Part shown: positions 51,786 through 60,600 of the stretch, in pieces
Numbering within the stretch: the first letter of the stretch is position 1
Layout of the letters: every line of letters starts with the position of its first letter
DNA from: a virus
Lineage: Duplodnaviria; Caudoviricetes
Reading direction: 5' to 3' (one strand)
DNA: 64,000 bases
Virus record (IMG/VR): IMGVR_UViG_3300024331_000007
Location: 160,001 to 224,000 of that record
Position numbers and translations under genes: made by a program
Notes under the pieces: model-generated
Databases searched by the model: none
Seen by the model: the letters and a program-made list of their open reading frames with translations, nothing else
Told to the model about the DNA's origin: nothing

Positions 51786-52265
51786 TTAATCTGGTCGAGA
51801 TGCTGCTCTCTTTGCCATTTGCGTGACGATGCTTTGTTGTGGTCGGCCTTCTTCCTCTTCTTGTGGTTGAGGCGTTGGCTGTCCTTCTTCTGGTGCTTGT
51901 TCTTCACCTTCAGGCATTGCAAAGTCTTCAGGGTTGTATTCCTCATCACCGCCTTCAGCCTGACCTTCCTCTGGTTCTGGTTCCATAGGAATATCCATTG
52001 CTGGTGCGGCGGCTTCTTCATCACCTAAATTAAGCTCAATCTGGTTTTGGTTTATTGACTTAATGGATGGTGCAATAGATGGGTCTTGCGTGAGGTCCAC
52101 TAGTTGCTGATAAGACAGGCGCAATCCACTGCCGCGCAGAAGATCAATGACCTTGGAAACAGAGATAACAGGTTCCAGTCCCTTTTCTTCAGCCTTGTGC
52201 TTCAGGAATACTAAAAGAGTTAATAGTGTATTTTTGATTGCAGGATTAGTGTGTGGATTCGGCAT
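51786..52265 (-). CDS. hypothetical protein with acidic/Pro-rich tail
   Basis: ORF track. Confidence 0.6.
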   Translation of the reverse strand: MPNPHTNPAIKNTLLTLLVFLKHKAEEKGLEPVISVSKVIDLLRGSGLRLSYQQLVDLTQDPSIAPSIKSINQNQIELNLGDEEAAAPAMDIPMEPEPEEGQAEGGDEEYNPEDFAMPEGEEQAPEEGQPTPQPQEEEEGRPQQSIVTQMAKRAASRPD

Positions 52266-52455
52266 CGGTGATTCCTTGTTTTATTTCTGCTTGTGCGAGA
52301 ACATCATCGGCCATCCACGATAGAGAACAGTAGATCATAAAATGTACTGTCTCTAGCGTGTCTTTGTCTAGCCTACCAAATATCTTTTGCAGATCACTTA
52401 CCAGCAAAAGCGTATTTTCTTCTAGCTTTTCTTTGGTACGTTGAGTCTGGTCCAT
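52246..52455 (-). CDS. hypothetical protein
   Basis: ORF track. Confidence 0.5.
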   Translation of the reverse strand: MDQTQRTKEKLEENTLLLVSDLQKIFGRLDKDTLETVHFMIYCSLSWMADDVLAQAEIKQGITDAESTH

Positions 52456-52468
52456 TTATGGCCCTCAG

Positions 52469-53374
52469 TTACTTTTTCTTGTCAGACTTGCGTTCCTTGT
52501 TCCTGCATGGTTTACAAATTCCCATATTTTGGCTCATATGTCCAACCAAGCCGTCTCCACATTTCTTACATTCCGTTCTTTTTCCCTCAGTAACCTTCTT
52601 GCCTTCCTTCTTTTCTGCCTTTTCTTCGGCCTTGATTAGAAATTCTGGCTTCTTACCAGTCTTCTTTGCTTCGGCAACGGGCTTCATCATCTTCTTGCTT
52701 GACTTAGCTACGTTCTCTGCTTTAGCATCGTTCTGCATCTTGACTGCCTTTGCTTCTTCCTTGATGGCAATTGTTGCAACACGGCGAAGTTCTTCAGCTA
52801 AACGCTTTGCGCGAAGAGGAAACTTCTTTTCGTTTGTAGCCTTCAATGCTTGGCTCAAAGCAACAATCTTTGCTTCTGAAAGAGCCTTGTTGAACTTGCG
52901 CGATTCTGCTGCTGGCAAACGTGGGGCGCGACCAAGCGGAGATGGAACTGGCTCGTCGCCTTCTGATTCTGGCTCAAAGTCTGTTGCTTCATCACCAAGA
53001 ACATCTTCGCCTTCATCTGGAAGACCAAGTTCAGTCTTTGGACCTTGTTCGGCCTGTGCATCACCTGTAAGAACTAGAACGGCCTGTTCAAGTGCTGTCT
53101 TCTTTTCAGAGGCAGCAGACAATAGTTCAGAAAATACACCGCTTGCTGCTTGCTGATAAGCTGAAGCCTGTTCGCCACCAATGCTGCCACGAATCTTGTC
53201 AACAAGTTTTGGCAACTCTTCGTTGTTCATCTTGCTGAGTTCTTCAACCATATCCTGAAGACGATCAACTTGATCCTTTGCAGCCAATGCTGCTTCGGCA
53301 TTTTCAATCTCGCCTTCGCGCAACATCTGACGAGCGTACTTCTTAATTGGGTTTTCGGTCAGTTTCTTTTTCAT
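52469..53374 (-). CDS. putative prohead core/scaffold-like protein
   Basis: Charged helical; multiple L/V-x-E sites (LTE, LRE, LSE, VAE, VTE); TAAATA at 53399; C-terminal CxxC..CxxC. Confidence 0.5.
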   Translation of the reverse strand: MKKKLTENPIKKYARQMLREGEIENAEAALAAKDQVDRLQDMVEELSKMNNEELPKLVDKIRGSIGGEQASAYQQAASGVFSELLSAASEKKTALEQAVLVLTGDAQAEQGPKTELGLPDEGEDVLGDEATDFEPESEGDEPVPSPLGRAPRLPAAESRKFNKALSEAKIVALSQALKATNEKKFPLRAKRLAEELRRVATIAIKEEAKAVKMQNDAKAENVAKSSKKMMKPVAEAKKTGKKPEFLIKAEEKAEKKEGKKVTEGKRTECKKCGDGLVGHMSQNMGICKPCRNKERKSDKKK

Positions 53375-53409
53375 AGTCGTCGGTTCCTACCTTGAATCTA
53401 TTTAGCCTT

Positions 53410-54384
53410 TTACTTGCGAATAAGTGCCTGAGCACCCTTCAGTAATCCTTCGAAATTACCATTTAGCTCTGGAGTCTTTGCAACCACTTGTTTTACGGCA
53501 TCTATTGCGTTTTTACGCTGATAGCCGAGGTTCTGAAGCGCCGATACAACATCTGACATCGTCTGCGTTGATGTTAACTGAGCAACAACTGGTTTTATTC
53601 CAGCAGGCTTTGTTTTTGCTACCTTTGCGCCATTATAAATGTTCATAAAATACCCAACAAGTTCTGTTCTAGTCTTTGGATCAGTAACATTTTTGAATGG
53701 GTTTCCTTTGATTTGTGGTAGAGCAGCTTCAACATCCTTTGCAGTAACCAACTTTCCAGCCAAACCATTACGGTATATTTTGTTCATATACTCTGAAATG
53801 CCACGACGAGAATTTGGATCTTTGTACTCGCTGAAATGTTCCTGCATTTGTTTGCCCAAAAACTTATTTACTGAAGCTGGGTTCTTAGGATCGATCATCT
53901 CAAGTTCTTTCTCAAGGTCTGTAATCTTGATCTGTCCGTGTTCGGACGACAATGACTGTCCCTTTAAACCACCAACAAACGCTCCTATTGCCGATCCAGC
54001 AACATGCGGAACAAACTTCTTAGCTGTGTCAACACCATGTCCAATTCCCTTTTTAATACCGCCATGATACATGGCAGCTTTTGCTTCGGGAGCAACAGGC
54101 TTTTGCTGACGAGGATTCTTTTCAAGCAGCGTTTTCTTTTCACGGAGATATTCTGTGAGATACTTCGCTGTGGCAAGCATGCTTAAGTAAATTGCATTTC
54201 TTTCGCCCAGAAAGTATTGATCTGTGTTTCTAAAATCAGAAATTTGGGAGCAGATGTCCTCAAGAATGAATTTAGCTTTGGCTTCCGTGAGTTCTTCCTT
54301 TGACAGTTCAAAGTCAAATGTTTCACGAAGAACCTTACCAATCATCTGTGTTGAAACAGGATTACCCAATTCACCAATAAACAT
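53410..54384 (-). CDS. putative head-associated protein with C-terminal RuvA domain III-like module
   Basis: SDVVSALQNLGYQRKNAIDAVKQV...FEGLLKGAQ. Confidence 0.6.
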   Translation of the reverse strand: MFIGELGNPVSTQMIGKVLRETFDFELSKEELTEAKAKFILEDICSQISDFRNTDQYFLGERNAIYLSMLATAKYLTEYLREKKTLLEKNPRQQKPVAPEAKAAMYHGGIKKGIGHGVDTAKKFVPHVAGSAIGAFVGGLKGQSLSSEHGQIKITDLEKELEMIDPKNPASVNKFLGKQMQEHFSEYKDPNSRRGISEYMNKIYRNGLAGKLVTAKDVEAALPQIKGNPFKNVTDPKTRTELVGYFMNIYNGAKVAKTKPAGIKPVVAQLTSTQTMSDVVSALQNLGYQRKNAIDAVKQVVAKTPELNGNFEGLLKGAQALIRK

Positions 54385-54392
54385 ATATCCCC

Positions 54393-54755
54393 TTATTGAC
54401 CCGGTGCCTTCGACAACAAGGCAGGAACCAAAATTCGTAGGAACAACAGGCCCAAAGCACTAAACAAAGTAACGATAATCGCAGTACCCCACTTAATTAG
54501 CTGGTTATTACGATCTTCCTTCATATCATCTACTAGCTGCTTCAGTTCCTTGTGAGCTAATACAAGTTCTTCAATCTTCTTTTCAATGGCTTCGACAGCT
54601 TCATTGCTTGTTTGATCGCGCAACGCTTGGAGTTCAACGTGCATCTCCAGATTCTTTTTCTCCAGTTCAATTGGCATCATGTACTCCCTAGCCCACGTAA
54701 TAACTTCACTGGTATTTATTGAAACATGGTAAAAAGGTAGGTACCCAATGTTCAT
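54393..54755 (-). CDS. coiled-coil plus C-terminal TM protein (holin/XhlA-like, tentative)
   Basis: Coiled coil then one TM; TAAATA at 54713 suggests start near MMPIELE. Confidence 0.5.
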   Translation of the reverse strand: MNIGYLPFYHVSINTSEVITWAREYMMPIELEKKNLEMHVELQALRDQTSNEAVEAIEKKIEELVLAHKELKQLVDDMKEDRNNQLIKWGTAIIVTLFSALGLLFLRILVPALLSKAPGQ

Positions 54756-54768
54756 AAATCACAAGTGA

Positions 54769-55191
54769 TTACGATAGTTTTGTGAGTACAATGTTTAAAT
54801 ATTCTCCAACTGTGGAGAAACAAGAATGCTCATATACGATTGATTCGTCAAGTCCAGTAACTACGGGTATTCTATCGAAATCATTGCGTATTAACCAAAG
54901 ATCAACATCAGACTCATATCTACAAGTGAATTTCCAAATATTCACGTCATCAATAGGTCCATACGCCCACCCAAACCCATAAGCAGCGGGTCGTTGGTGT
55001 GTAAGTTTTACAGGCGCAGAAATATCCAGTGGTTGAAAGCGCAAACCCAACAGTTGTGTCACTGTATCCCAATTTCTTTGCTCATTGCGTCGGAAGTCCC
55101 ATTCTTTCTGAGATAGTGATGAACCCTGTGGCTTTGAATTTCTGTGGATATTAGTCTTTGTAATGTCCAGTAAGGAGCAAATTTCGATCAT
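54769..55191 (-). CDS. conserved late phage protein
   Basis: LLDITKT...QRNWDTVTQLLGLR; TATAAATA 6 nt before ATG. Confidence 0.6.
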   Translation of the reverse strand: MIEICSLLDITKTNIHRNSKPQGSSLSQKEWDFRRNEQRNWDTVTQLLGLRFQPLDISAPVKLTHQRPAAYGFGWAYGPIDDVNIWKFTCRYESDVDLWLIRNDFDRIPVVTGLDESIVYEHSCFSTVGEYLNIVLTKLS

Positions 55192-55196
55192 ACCCC

Positions 55197-55251
55197 TATT
55201 TATAGATGATTTTCGCGGTTATGAGTTATTTTTTGCGAGTTCGTATAAATA
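55197..55251. promoter_or_regulatory. back-to-back divergent T4-type late promoters
   Basis: TATAAATA on minus (55197-55204) and plus (55244-55251). Confidence 0.8.
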
Positions 55252-55302
55252 GATTCATGGGGAGCAAAACTCCCAAATTCATTAGCAGTAACGGAGAGTA
55301 TC

Positions 55303-55779
55303 ATGGCACAGATTTATAAGGTAAATCCAGCAATTGACGGCAATTCAGTTAGCGTATTCGGTAAGAATCCTGACTATGTTGAACTCAATTTCGGAACCAC
55401 AAACGGCAACATCCTCAGCGCATGGAACCTAGGTCCTAACGGTGCGTGGCCTGTAATTATCCAGACAGTTGAACAGGTTGCATCCATCGAAGTTCTTGGT
55501 GCAATTCAGGCAAACTGCGTACTTCTTTCACAGAACGGCGGAAACGCAAACGTTGGTGTTCGTATGTTGACCACAGGTGTTAACGCAGCAAACGCAGTCG
55601 CATTGCAGAGCGCAATTCAGGCTCTTGGAACAATCAGCACTGGCAACGGTTCTGCGAGCGCACCTTATTCCAATGTCAATGCTGCCGCTATCACTGTTGC
55701 AGCAATTTCAATTGGAGCACCTCAGCCCGGTCCACTTGGAGGCCAAAATTCGGGCTTTCCAGCAGGTGTCAGTTTCTAA
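55303..55779 (+). CDS. putative virion (decoration-like) protein
   Basis: Late promoter, strong SD GGAGAG, small-residue-rich, followed by terminator. Confidence 0.6.
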   Translation: MAQIYKVNPAIDGNSVSVFGKNPDYVELNFGTTNGNILSAWNLGPNGAWPVIIQTVEQVASIEVLGAIQANCVLLSQNGGNANVGVRMLTTGVNAANAVALQSAIQALGTISTGNGSASAPYSNVNAAAITVAAISIGAPQPGPLGGQNSGFPAGVSF

Positions 55780-55795
55780 GAAAGTTCTAACTAAC

Positions 55796-55828
55796 AAAAG
55801 GACAAGCATTAAATTGCTTGTCCTTTTT
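55796..55828 (+). terminator. intrinsic terminator
   Basis: AAAAGGACAAGCA/TGCTTGTCCTTTT. Confidence 0.85.
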
Positions 55829-55847
55829 ATTTGTGTTATAATATTTT

Positions 55848-56597
55848 ATGCCTAAAAAGTTATCTCAAGAAGAGTTTATTGCCCGTCTTCATGCAACCCG
55901 AGGAGATAGGTATGACTATTCTAAAGTAAAATATAAAGGAAGCAAGAAACCAATAACTATTTTATGTGCTACACATGGTCAATTTGAACAGTTAGCAACA
56001 AGTCATCTCAACGATAAACAAAACTGTCCAAATTGTTCTATTCGCGCCACCAGTAATACTACCGATTTCATAAGAAAAGCCAAACAAATACATCCACTTC
56101 AAAAATACAACTACGATAAAACACACTATCTCAATGCTAGAACACCTGTAATTATTACTTGTGTTATACATGGAGATTTCCAACAAAAACCAAACGACCA
56201 TCTATCAGGTTATGGATGTTCAAAATGTAATATCTCAAAAGCAGAGACATATATAACAAATATCCTAATAAACAAAAATTTAACCTTTACGCCGCAATAC
56301 AAAATATCTTCATGTAAAAACATACACCCATTGCCATTTGATTTTGCTATTCTGGAAAATAACGTAGTTTTAGGCTTGATAGAGTTCAATGGCAGACAGC
56401 ACTATGAACCGATATGGGGTAAGAATAATCTTAAAAAGACTCAAATCAATGACAAAATCAAAAAGGAATACTGTCGTCAAAACAATATTCCTTTTCTTGT
56501 AATCCCATATACTAAAGAAAAATTTATTACAGAGAATGTTAATAAATTTCTAAAAACTATCGTCGAATGCCGTAAAAATACAAATCATGACTACTAA
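55848..56597 (+). CDS. DUF723-like repeat plus Vsr/PD-(D/E)xK-like endonuclease
   Basis: YDYSK...CATHG.F.Q repeats; PFDFAI...LIEFNGRQHY. Confidence 0.85.
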   Translation: MPKKLSQEEFIARLHATRGDRYDYSKVKYKGSKKPITILCATHGQFEQLATSHLNDKQNCPNCSIRATSNTTDFIRKAKQIHPLQKYNYDKTHYLNARTPVIITCVIHGDFQQKPNDHLSGYGCSKCNISKAETYITNILINKNLTFTPQYKISSCKNIHPLPFDFAILENNVVLGLIEFNGRQHYEPIWGKNNLKKTQINDKIKKEYCRQNNIPFLVIPYTKEKFITENVNKFLKTIVECRKNTNHDY

Positions 56598-57093
56598 TCT
56601 CATGTATGAATTGGAAATCAACAAAGAATCCATTCAAATCAATGTTGCTTCTAAAATCTTCATCGATAAGATTCTTATAGTAGTTCCATCCAAGACCAAT
56701 TGTTAACGGGGAATCGGCGGGGGAAGTCCTCGCCGTGCCATGCTCTGCGCGGCCAGCAGTTGCACATGTCATAACAACTAAACCCAACGGCTTTGTCATA
56801 CGAATCATGTTGTGGAATGTTTCAACCCACTTTGGGTTATGCTCAAAGCATTCACATGAAATAGTCACATCGAACGTTGCATCAGGCGCATTATAATCCT
56901 CGCCTTTACAAACCAGATCAACATCTCGTCCCGGTCCCACATCAATTCCAAGATATTCACATCCTGTGAAGAATGGTCGAACTGTACCGTTAATGTTTAG
57001 GCTTCCAATTTCTAAAACTTTTTTTCCTGTGAAGTATTCAGGATGTTGATTTTTTAATCCTGCGACAAAGTCGAGTTGCTGTCGGTGTGACAT
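56557..57093 (-). CDS. class I SAM-dependent methyltransferase
   Basis: VLEIGSLNING, GIDVGPG..VD, FDVTISCECFEH. Confidence 0.85.
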   Translation of the reverse strand: MSHRQQLDFVAGLKNQHPEYFTGKKVLEIGSLNINGTVRPFFTGCEYLGIDVGPGRDVDLVCKGEDYNAPDATFDVTISCECFEHNPKWVETFHNMIRMTKPLGLVVMTCATAGRAEHGTARTSPADSPLTIGLGWNYYKNLIDEDFRSNIDLNGFFVDFQFIHEISSHDLYFYGIRR

Positions 57094-57482
57094 TGTTTCT
57101 CCCTTTTAATTGCTTGCCAGCATGTAATGATTCTATCACCATCTGAGCCTGTTATTGGCAAAAGATTGGCTCCAGCATTAACAAAATTCATGATGGCAAA
57201 GAAATGCCAGAATGTATTTGTATTCCAGAGAACCGAACCAATAATGAGATTCATTAGAGGTCCCGCTGCACTGATCCAAATATTTAAATGAGGTGGGCCT
57301 GCTTCTCGGACAGTATATGCTCCCTTCCATGCGAAGCCAAGTCCATGAACTGGAACTCGACAAAGCAGAGAAACAAGTATGTGTCCAAGTTCATGTAGCA
57401 GAAGCACTACGATTACTAATGAAAAATATGCCGAAATGAGTAGCACTGATAATATCACATGCAACATTCGTTCCCACTCCAT
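57054..57482 (-). CDS. M50 (site-2 protease-like) membrane metallopeptidase
   Basis: HELGH, AGPLMN, NLLPITGSDG. Confidence 0.85.
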   Translation of the reverse strand: MEWERMLHVILSVLLISAYFSLVIVVLLLHELGHILVSLLCRVPVHGLGFAWKGAYTVREAGPPHLNIWISAAGPLMNLIIGSVLWNTNTFWHFFAIMNFVNAGANLLPITGSDGDRIITCWQAIKREKQCHTDSNSTLSQD

Positions 57483-57550
57483 TCTCTACAGTACGGCAAA
57501 CGAAAGTAATACAGGTAGTATATCGTATCGGATTGCCAAATGTAAATCTA

Positions 57551-58468
57551 TTAATTTGGTATTATCACAACCAAAATATTTGATGGTCCGCTCTCAACTC
57601 CGCTGGAATCAACCGCCGTTACATAATATTGATATGTTTGGGCAGACAAAACTGTGGTATCTGTGTAATTTAATTGCGCAGATGTTCCGATAATTGAGTA
57701 TGGCCCATTCAACGAGCGATAAACGTTAAAGCTTGCAATTGGATCATCAGGACTAATTTCATTCCATGACAAATTTACTTCATGAAATCCAGTGCCAGAA
57801 AGAGAAATAGTTGCAACGGGATTAACAGAGGAATTGCTGGTGATCGTTATTGTCCCTGAAATTACACCTGTTGAAATCGGCGAGAATGTAATATTTAATG
57901 GAACGGATGTATTCGGCAGCAAAACAAAGGTAGGTCCCATTGTATCAAAAGAAAATTCTGTGGAACCCGATAACACAACTGAGGAAACTGTAACAGGGCC
58001 TGTTCCCGTGGAAGACAGAGTGACAGTTTGAGTTGCAGATGAGCCATCGACCACTGATCCAAATTGTACATTTGATGATTGCAGTGTCAGGATAGGTGTT
58101 AAGACTACCGCGGGTGTCAAAGTTATTTTCACTGTTTTTGAAACTCTATTTAAACTTGCCGTCAGAGTAACAGTTGTGGCTGTTGATACTGCATTTACTG
58201 TTGCCGTAAATGAGGAGGATACTGAACCCTTCGGGATTAACAATGAAGAAGGAACAGTGATTGATGAAGAACTACTCGCCAATGACACAGTTTGACCAGT
58301 GCTTGAGGAAGATAACGACACTGTGCATACATCCGTTCCAGACGCCGAAAACGAGGTATTCACACATGAAAGTGCAGCGAGTGAAGGTGCTGGAGCAGGC
58401 TTTTTAGCGCAGGCTTGCAAAGGAAATAAACAGGCCACAATCAAAAAATACACAGCTAATCTTTTCAA
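57551..58468 (-). CDS. exported Ig-like protein (ASH/choice-of-anchor-D plus FnIII-like)
   Basis: Signal/lipobox-like LQAC; VQFGSV...TVTLSSTGTGPVTVSS...FSP...GTITITSN; LSW...YNVYRS...YTD...YYVTAVD. Confidence 0.8.
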   Translation of the reverse strand: MKRLAVYFLIVACLFPLQACAKKPAPAPSLAALSCVNTSFSASGTDVCTVSLSSSSTGQTVSLASSSSSITVPSSLLIPKGSVSSSFTATVNAVSTATTVTLTASLNRVSKTVKITLTPAVVLTPILTLQSSNVQFGSVVDGSSATQTVTLSSTGTGPVTVSSVVLSGSTEFSFDTMGPTFVLLPNTSVPLNITFSPISTGVISGTITITSNSSVNPVATISLSGTGFHEVNLSWNEISPDDPIASFNVYRSLNGPYSIIGTSAQLNYTDTTVLSAQTYQYYVTAVDSSGVESGPSNILVVIIPN

Positions 58469-58500
58469 GGTTGTCTCCCATTACGTTGGAGTGTTACCTA

Positions 58501-58968
58501 TTATTTATAGAAAATAGCTGTGTTTGTTTTCATCGGTAAAATTAGAAAGGCCATGTTTAAAGATGGATCATAGGCTTTAGCGGTGAGATGTATACTTACC
58601 GTTGGGGTTGTTAGCGAATCCGTCTCAATAAAAATATCAGCCGTGGCATCTCCAGCGGCATGAGGGTCAAATGCTAGCCCAATATTCGTTGTTTGGTTTG
58701 GCTTCAGTACAATAGGAGCCATAGGAACAGCAATACTTAAATCCGAATCTTCACTGACAATTTTGAACGATTTAATAACAACGGGCTGCAATCCAGTAGA
58801 AGTAAGCACAATCTTTGTTTCTGCCTTTTGAGCCATTGAAATAGGATGGAACACCACATTCTGATAGTCAGATATCAAGCATTTTTCTTGTTTGGGCACG
58901 GGTTCTTTGGCAAAGGATATTGATAAAATCAACGAGAACAATAAGAGGAGCGTTGTATATTTAAGCAA
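58501..58968 (-). CDS. exported single ASH-like Ig domain protein
   Basis: Signal peptide; LTSTGLQPVVI...LKPNQT...FDP...GD...I.TDS.TTP. Confidence 0.7.
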   Translation of the reverse strand: MLKYTTLLLLFSLILSISFAKEPVPKQEKCLISDYQNVVFHPISMAQKAETKIVLTSTGLQPVVIKSFKIVSEDSDLSIAVPMAPIVLKPNQTTNIGLAFDPHAAGDATADIFIETDSLTTPTVSIHLTAKAYDPSLNMAFLILPMKTNTAIFYK

Positions 58969-58985
58969 TGTTATATCCCCAGTGA

Positions 58986-59234
58986 TTATAACTCACCTGA
59001 CTCCAATATGTGTAAAACTACATAGGACTCAAGTTCTTCTTGCGATGAAAACTCATATTTCCGCACATACCAGAAGTACCCCGGACTTTTGGGTGCGTAG
59101 CAAATTTCTTCGTAAATCCATTCGTGGTCTTCGTTTTTGATTATTCGACTTTCTGTGACGCAACCGGGTAATACAGTTTTGAGATTTTCCACGTTATCGA
59201 AGAAAATTCGCATAACGTATTTATAAGGTAACAA
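58986..59234 (-). CDS. small protein with C-terminal LES tag
   Basis: ...ESYVVLHILESGEL; similar to 62619. Confidence 0.6.
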   Translation of the reverse strand: MLPYKYVMRIFFDNVENLKTVLPGCVTESRIIKNEDHEWIYEEICYAPKSPGYFWYVRKYEFSSQEELESYVVLHILESGEL

Positions 59235-59240
59235 TAAATG

Positions 59241-59516
59241 TCATCTAATATCTAAGGTCGGTTCTCCAGATTCCAACATGAAAAGAAACAGAAAATTAGA
59301 TCGTTCCTGTGAATTGTTAGGTATTTTGATTAAATTACAAGTTCGGCTTACAGCATACTTACTCGCGACATATGTTATACCGGGTTCACCCTCTTCAAAA
59401 CCTTTAATTGACCCAACATGATAAATGTATTTGTTTCCATTCCACCACGGATACAGAACCCAGTCACCGACATTCAGAATATTTTCGTTTTTATCATATC
59501 TATTGTAGTGATCCAT
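59241..59516 (-). CDS. SH3/KOW-like protein with C-terminal LES tag
   Basis: DKNENILNVGDWVLY...FLFLFMLES. Confidence 0.65.
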   Translation of the reverse strand: MDHYNRYDKNENILNVGDWVLYPWWNGNKYIYHVGSIKGFEEGEPGITYVASKYAVSRTCNLIKIPNNSQERSNFLFLFMLESGEPTLDIR

Positions 59517-59770
59517 TATGCACGTTCCAATGTCTTCAGAAACACATATTGTTCTTGTTCAGAGGGGTCATCCGATAGTTTTTCGATTGTTTTTGAATAT
59601 AGGTGATATTCGCAATGAAGGTATTCAATAGTGGCACATCGCTCACCGAATTGATCAACGTCCAGTGCCATTATCTGGCAAATTTTATAGCCGCGAAGGA
59701 ATGGAACAGACTTTGGGGTGTAAAGAACCCAGTCTCCAATCTTCAGGTTGTTGCCTAAACGATCCGTCAT
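59516..59770 (-). CDS. SH3/KOW-like protein with C-terminal LER tag
   Basis: DRLGNNLKIGDWVLY...EQYVFLKTLERA. Confidence 0.65.
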   Translation of the reverse strand: MTDRLGNNLKIGDWVLYTPKSVPFLRGYKICQIMALDVDQFGERCATIEYLHCEYHLYSKTIEKLSDDPSEQEQYVFLKTLERA

Positions 59771-59801
59771 CGTCTACTTTTCCTTGTGTATTTCCAGAAG
59801 G

Positions 59802-60089
59802 TCATTGTGAATACTCCAATTGCAGCAGCATTACTTTTTGATTCCGTTCGGTTTCATTGGCGGGTAGTTTAGTAACAGCATATCCCCAGAATCCAGCAGT
59901 AGACCATTGAGCTAACCCTCACGCTATCGCTTTAGGAGAAAATGTCTTAAATGTAATCCATGCTTCAGTTTCAACTCCGACAACTTTGAACGATTCAATA
60001 ACGCCAACGCCAGTACCAAACCACGCATCTTCGTAGAAAACAAAGTCTCCAATGGCTAAGGAATTGCCGTATTTGTCAACATGGTTCAT
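59802..60089 (-). pseudogene. SH3/KOW-like tag-family gene with in-frame TGA (59919-59921)
   Basis: Hand translation MNHVDKYGNSLAIGDFVFY...SPKAIA*GLAQW...TKLPANETERNQKVMLLQLEYSQ. Confidence 0.7.
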
Positions 60090-60487
60090 ATGATTACTTG
60101 GGTTCGTTTAGATAGAGGTTGACCGTACAGGCGAACACCCTTTGCACGTACAAGGTCTGCCGCTGACTGAGGATTGCTCTGGAACATCGACTCAAGTTCT
60201 ATTTTTCCGATGCCGCCTGCACACGTCAACTTAAAAATCTCATAGTTGCGCTGTGCATTGGCCTGTGCTCTAATCTTGAGCATATGAAGAAGTTGAGCAA
60301 CTTCTTTACTGTAATCGTTCTCACGATCCTCAAGAATGGCAAGCATCTCTGCGCCGTCATTCAGTTTTGTAATGTCAATTGGAATAATGCACTCTAAGCC
60401 TTCCATACAAAACATAACGATGAAGGTTTGTTCAGGCATTGATTCTTCATCTGTATATTCTTGTTCGATACCGTCTTCAATTCTCAT
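60086..60487 (-). CDS. conserved hypothetical protein; leaderless start
   Basis: FCMEGLECII...RAQANAQRNYEIF; ATG 7 nt after -10. Confidence 0.7.
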   Translation of the reverse strand: MRIEDGIEQEYTDEESMPEQTFIVMFCMEGLECIIPIDITKLNDGAEMLAILEDRENDYSKEVAQLLHMLKIRAQANAQRNYEIFKLTCAGGIGKIELESMFQSNPQSAADLVRAKGVRLYGQPLSKRTQVII

Positions 60488-60493
60488 GGGGTG

Positions 60494-60522
60494 ATTTTAT
60501 CACTAAACCTTACGGAAGTCAA
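60494..60522 (-). promoter_or_regulatory. sigma70 promoter
   Basis: TTGACT-17-TAAAAT. Confidence 0.7.
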
Positions 60523-60600
60523 TGTCAATGTATGTCGTTGATTCTAAAGGAATGTTTACCGAAACTGTCATATTTACAGTCGCTGTAAATTTACTAAACA

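Noticed and set aside
52458-53156. 232-aa plus-strand ORF
   Set aside because: Antisense shadow of the charged scaffold-like gene; Phe/Ser-rich as expected from reverse-complemented Lys/Glu codons.
59904-59918. tRNA D-arm-like GGGTTAGCTCAATGG right after the in-frame TGA; possible SECIS or tRNA remnant
   Set aside because: There is no complementary GAGC, T-arm or convincing hairpin, and the sequence reads as normal in-frame codons.
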